DNA from: a virus | Lineage: Duplodnaviria; Caudoviricetes | Virus record (IMG/VR): IMGVR_UViG_3300027734_000004 | Location: 1-57,528 of that record | Strand: one strand, 5' to 3' | DNA: 57,528 nucleotides | Shown: positions 55,556 to 57,528 of the stretch, one piece after another | Position numbering within the stretch: the first letter of the stretch is position 1 | How the letters are laid out: the number at the start of each line of letters is the position of its first letter | Notes under the pieces: generated by a model | Seen by the model: the letters and a program-made list of their open reading frames with translations, nothing else | Databases searched by the model: none | Told to the model about the DNA's origin: nothing | Translations under genes and position numbers: made by a program

Positions 55556-57528
55556 GTGGAAAATATTCAATTCGATTACGATTTTGCAGGTCCTGCTGAC
55601 TATGCCAAAATGTACCGCAAGTTAGGCATTCAGGTCGTACCGGCCAAGATGCCTCGCGAAGATAAGGCATGGAAGCGTCCCGTCATCAAGTGGCGTGATT
55701 ACGAAGATCACATTGCAGACGATGACACGTTTAACAATTGGTTTGGCGCAAACGGTGAATTCCGCTCTCGCCCAAACATGGGCATCATCACAGGCGATGC
55801 ATCCGGCGGCATTTTTGTCCTCGACATCGACCTGCATAACCATCCCAAAGCCAAAGTGTGGTTGGATGACCTGATAGATGACCACAATCATGGCATGTCA
55901 ATCAATGCGCCAACGCAGCGCACGGGTGGCGGTGGCCTGCAATTGCTGTTCAAGGCCCCTGACGGCTGGGTGTCCCCTACCAACAAGACAAGCATGGGCG
56001 TGGACATAAGGGGACAGGGTGGCTTTGCCATGCTGCCGCCCAGTCAACACGAAAGTGGCAAGTCTTACGAATGGGTCAAGGGCTTTGAACCTTGGACCAT
56101 TGCCATCCCTGAAGCCCCCATGTGGCTTATTGAAGCCATTGACGATCTGTTGGCGCAATACACCAAGGTCGAGCGCGGTGAGCGTATAGACAGCCCTGCG
56201 ACAGCGACAGATGCCTTTGGTCAGATCGTGGATGGTCGCGAAGATTATATGACGCGCCTGATCTGGGCGCGGGTTGTGCAATTGTACCGTGACGCCCCTT
56301 GGATCAGCCATGAACAATCAATGGAGGCAATGCGCGAGGCGTTCACAAAGTACGACCAGAACGTCAAGAGCAGGCTGTTTGAGCCGGGAACATCTAACCA
56401 CATCTTATTGGAGCGCGAAGGGCGGGGTGCGACCCTGTTCTTGCAGAAATGGCAAACTGCCATGGCCCAGTGGGATGGTCGCGTAAAGGAAGCGGCGGCT
56501 GTCTCCGCACCAGAAAAAAAGCCCGATACGGCTTTTCATGAACAGACCGGTGACGGTGGCGATGGGTTGCACACCTTAACGCAGGCTGACATCGACATTT
56601 ATGAAAGGCTGAGCGTCAAGGACATCAAGGCATTGCCAGATCCAAAGTATTTGATCGAAGGCATTGTGATCGAAAATTCCCTGATGTTTGTCTACGGGCC
56701 TCCGGGCTGCGGCAAGACGTTCATTGGCCTTGGCATGGGTCTGTCCATTGCCGCTGGCTTGGATGAGTGGTGGGGGCGCAAGATCAACAAGCATGGCCCT
56801 GTTGTGCTTTTGTCAAGCGAAGGTGTCGCGGATCTTAAATTCCGTATTATGGCATGGGAAAAGGAAACGGGCATCAGCGTTGATGACATCCCGTTTTATC
56901 TAATCCGCCAGACCATTAACTTTATGGCTGAGGCAGATGTCGATAAGCTTTTGCGCACCGTACTGGACATCACCAACCAGCTTGGTGAGCCTCCGGTCAT
57001 GATCATGGTCGATACGGTTAGCCGTGTACTTCCCGGAGCAGACGAAAACCTGCAAAAGGATATGACGCTGTTTATATCCGCCTGTGATCGCGTCAGGGAG
57101 GTTTTTGGATCGACTGTGGCTGGTTACCACCACACAAGCCGTAATGGCAACCTACGGGGCTCTACGGTCTTTGACGGGGCTGGTGACGCGCTGTTGTCGA
57201 TCACCCGCGAAGAGGGCGCTGAGATCGGTGAGATGCTGGCAAAGAAGATTAAGTCTGCACCGGACGGCTGGAAGCAAAACTTCCGCCTAAAGAAGGTCGA
57301 ACTCGGCGACATCAAAGGCTCCACCAGCCTGTATGCTGAGCCGACCAACGATAGCGCGGGGGAAGATTCCAAAGATGATTGGCCTGCAAAGTCTGTATGT
57401 CAGGAAATCCTGTACGCCATGCAGGAGGCATGGACATCCAAGCGCCCATGGTCGAACCATTACCATGCAAAGCGCGATGGTCGATATGCCGTCACATTGA
57501 TTGCAAGCCGCTGGGGCATTCCGCCTGA
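55556..57528 (+). CDS. Bifunctional primase/polymerase (Prim-Pol) fused to a RepA-like AAA helicase; continues across the junction to 281 (about 708 aa)
   Basis: Missing from the ORF track because it has no stop before the window end. GTG at 55556; N-terminal KRPVIKW...NMGIITG...FVLDID...RTGGGGLQLLF...GVDIRGQGG...PPS (Prim-Pol motifs); Walker A GPPGCGKT; Walker B IMVDTVSR; HHTS...RGS. In frame with the ORF at 18..281. Confidence 0.9.
   Translation, partial: MENIQFDYDFAGPADYAKMYRKLGIQVVPAKMPREDKAWKRPVIKWRDYEDHIADDDTFNNWFGANGEFRSRPNMGIITGDASGGIFVLDIDLHNHPKAKVWLDDLIDDHNHGMSINAPTQRTGGGGLQLLFKAPDGWVSPTNKTSMGVDIRGQGGFAMLPPSQHESGKSYEWVKGFEPWTIAIPEAPMWLIEAIDDLLAQYTKVERGERIDSPATATDAFGQIVDGREDYMTRLIWARVVQLYRDAPWISHEQSMEAMREAFTKYDQNVKSRLFEPGTSNHILLEREGRGATLFLQKWQTAMAQWDGRVKEAAAVSAPEKKPDTAFHEQTGDGGDGLHTLTQADIDIYERLSVKDIKALPDPKYLIEGIVIENSLMFVYGPPGCGKTFIGLGMGLSIAAGLDEWWGRKINKHGPVVLLSSEGVADLKFRIMAWEKETGISVDDIPFYLIRQTINFMAEADVDKLLRTVLDITNQLGEPPVMIMVDTVSRVLPGADENLQKDMTLFISACDRVREVFGSTVAGYHHTSRNGNLRGSTVFDGAGDALLSITREEGAEIGEMLAKKIKSAPDGWKQNFRLKKVELGDIKGSTSLYAEPTNDSAGEDSKDDWPAKSVCQEILYAMQEAWTSKRPWSNHYHAKRDGRYAVTLIASRWGIPP
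57402..57528. repeat. Terminal direct overlap copy (equals 1-127)
   Basis: Exact identity with the window start. Confidence 0.95.

Overview
This window is a complete, circular tailed-phage genome of about 57.4 kb. Bases 1-127 are identical to 57402-57528, and the primase-helicase ORF runs through that junction. The architecture is podovirus-like: terminase, portal, GroES, scaffold, capsid, short-tail adaptor/nozzle, several spikes and fibres, large ejection proteins and no tape measure. Spanins indicate a Gram-negative host; Alphaproteobacteria is an inference. Replication genes are a Prim-Pol/AAA helicase, SSB-like protein, PD-(D/E)xK nuclease and RuvC. I saw no replicative DNA polymerase, integrase, tRNA or CRISPR array. 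The strongest unexplained signal is a short [YFMLKR]-x-x-G-G motif repeated about 35 times in six putative internal-virion proteins. It falls at the domain boundaries of a 1798-aa cassette protein (ParB-like, HhH-GPD glycosylase-like and unknown modules) and of a 1759-aa ejection protein with two S74 self-cleaving domains, which suggests a polyprotein processing or packaging system. Other signals: a GGGC-N5-GCCC palindrome in the -35/-10 spacer of six promoters, an iteron cluster, twin identical-loop hairpins in the capsid-operon leader, an SSB-tail mimic, and a GT2-TPR enzyme next to a Thr-rich collagen fibre. All family calls come from motif recognition by eye, not database searches.
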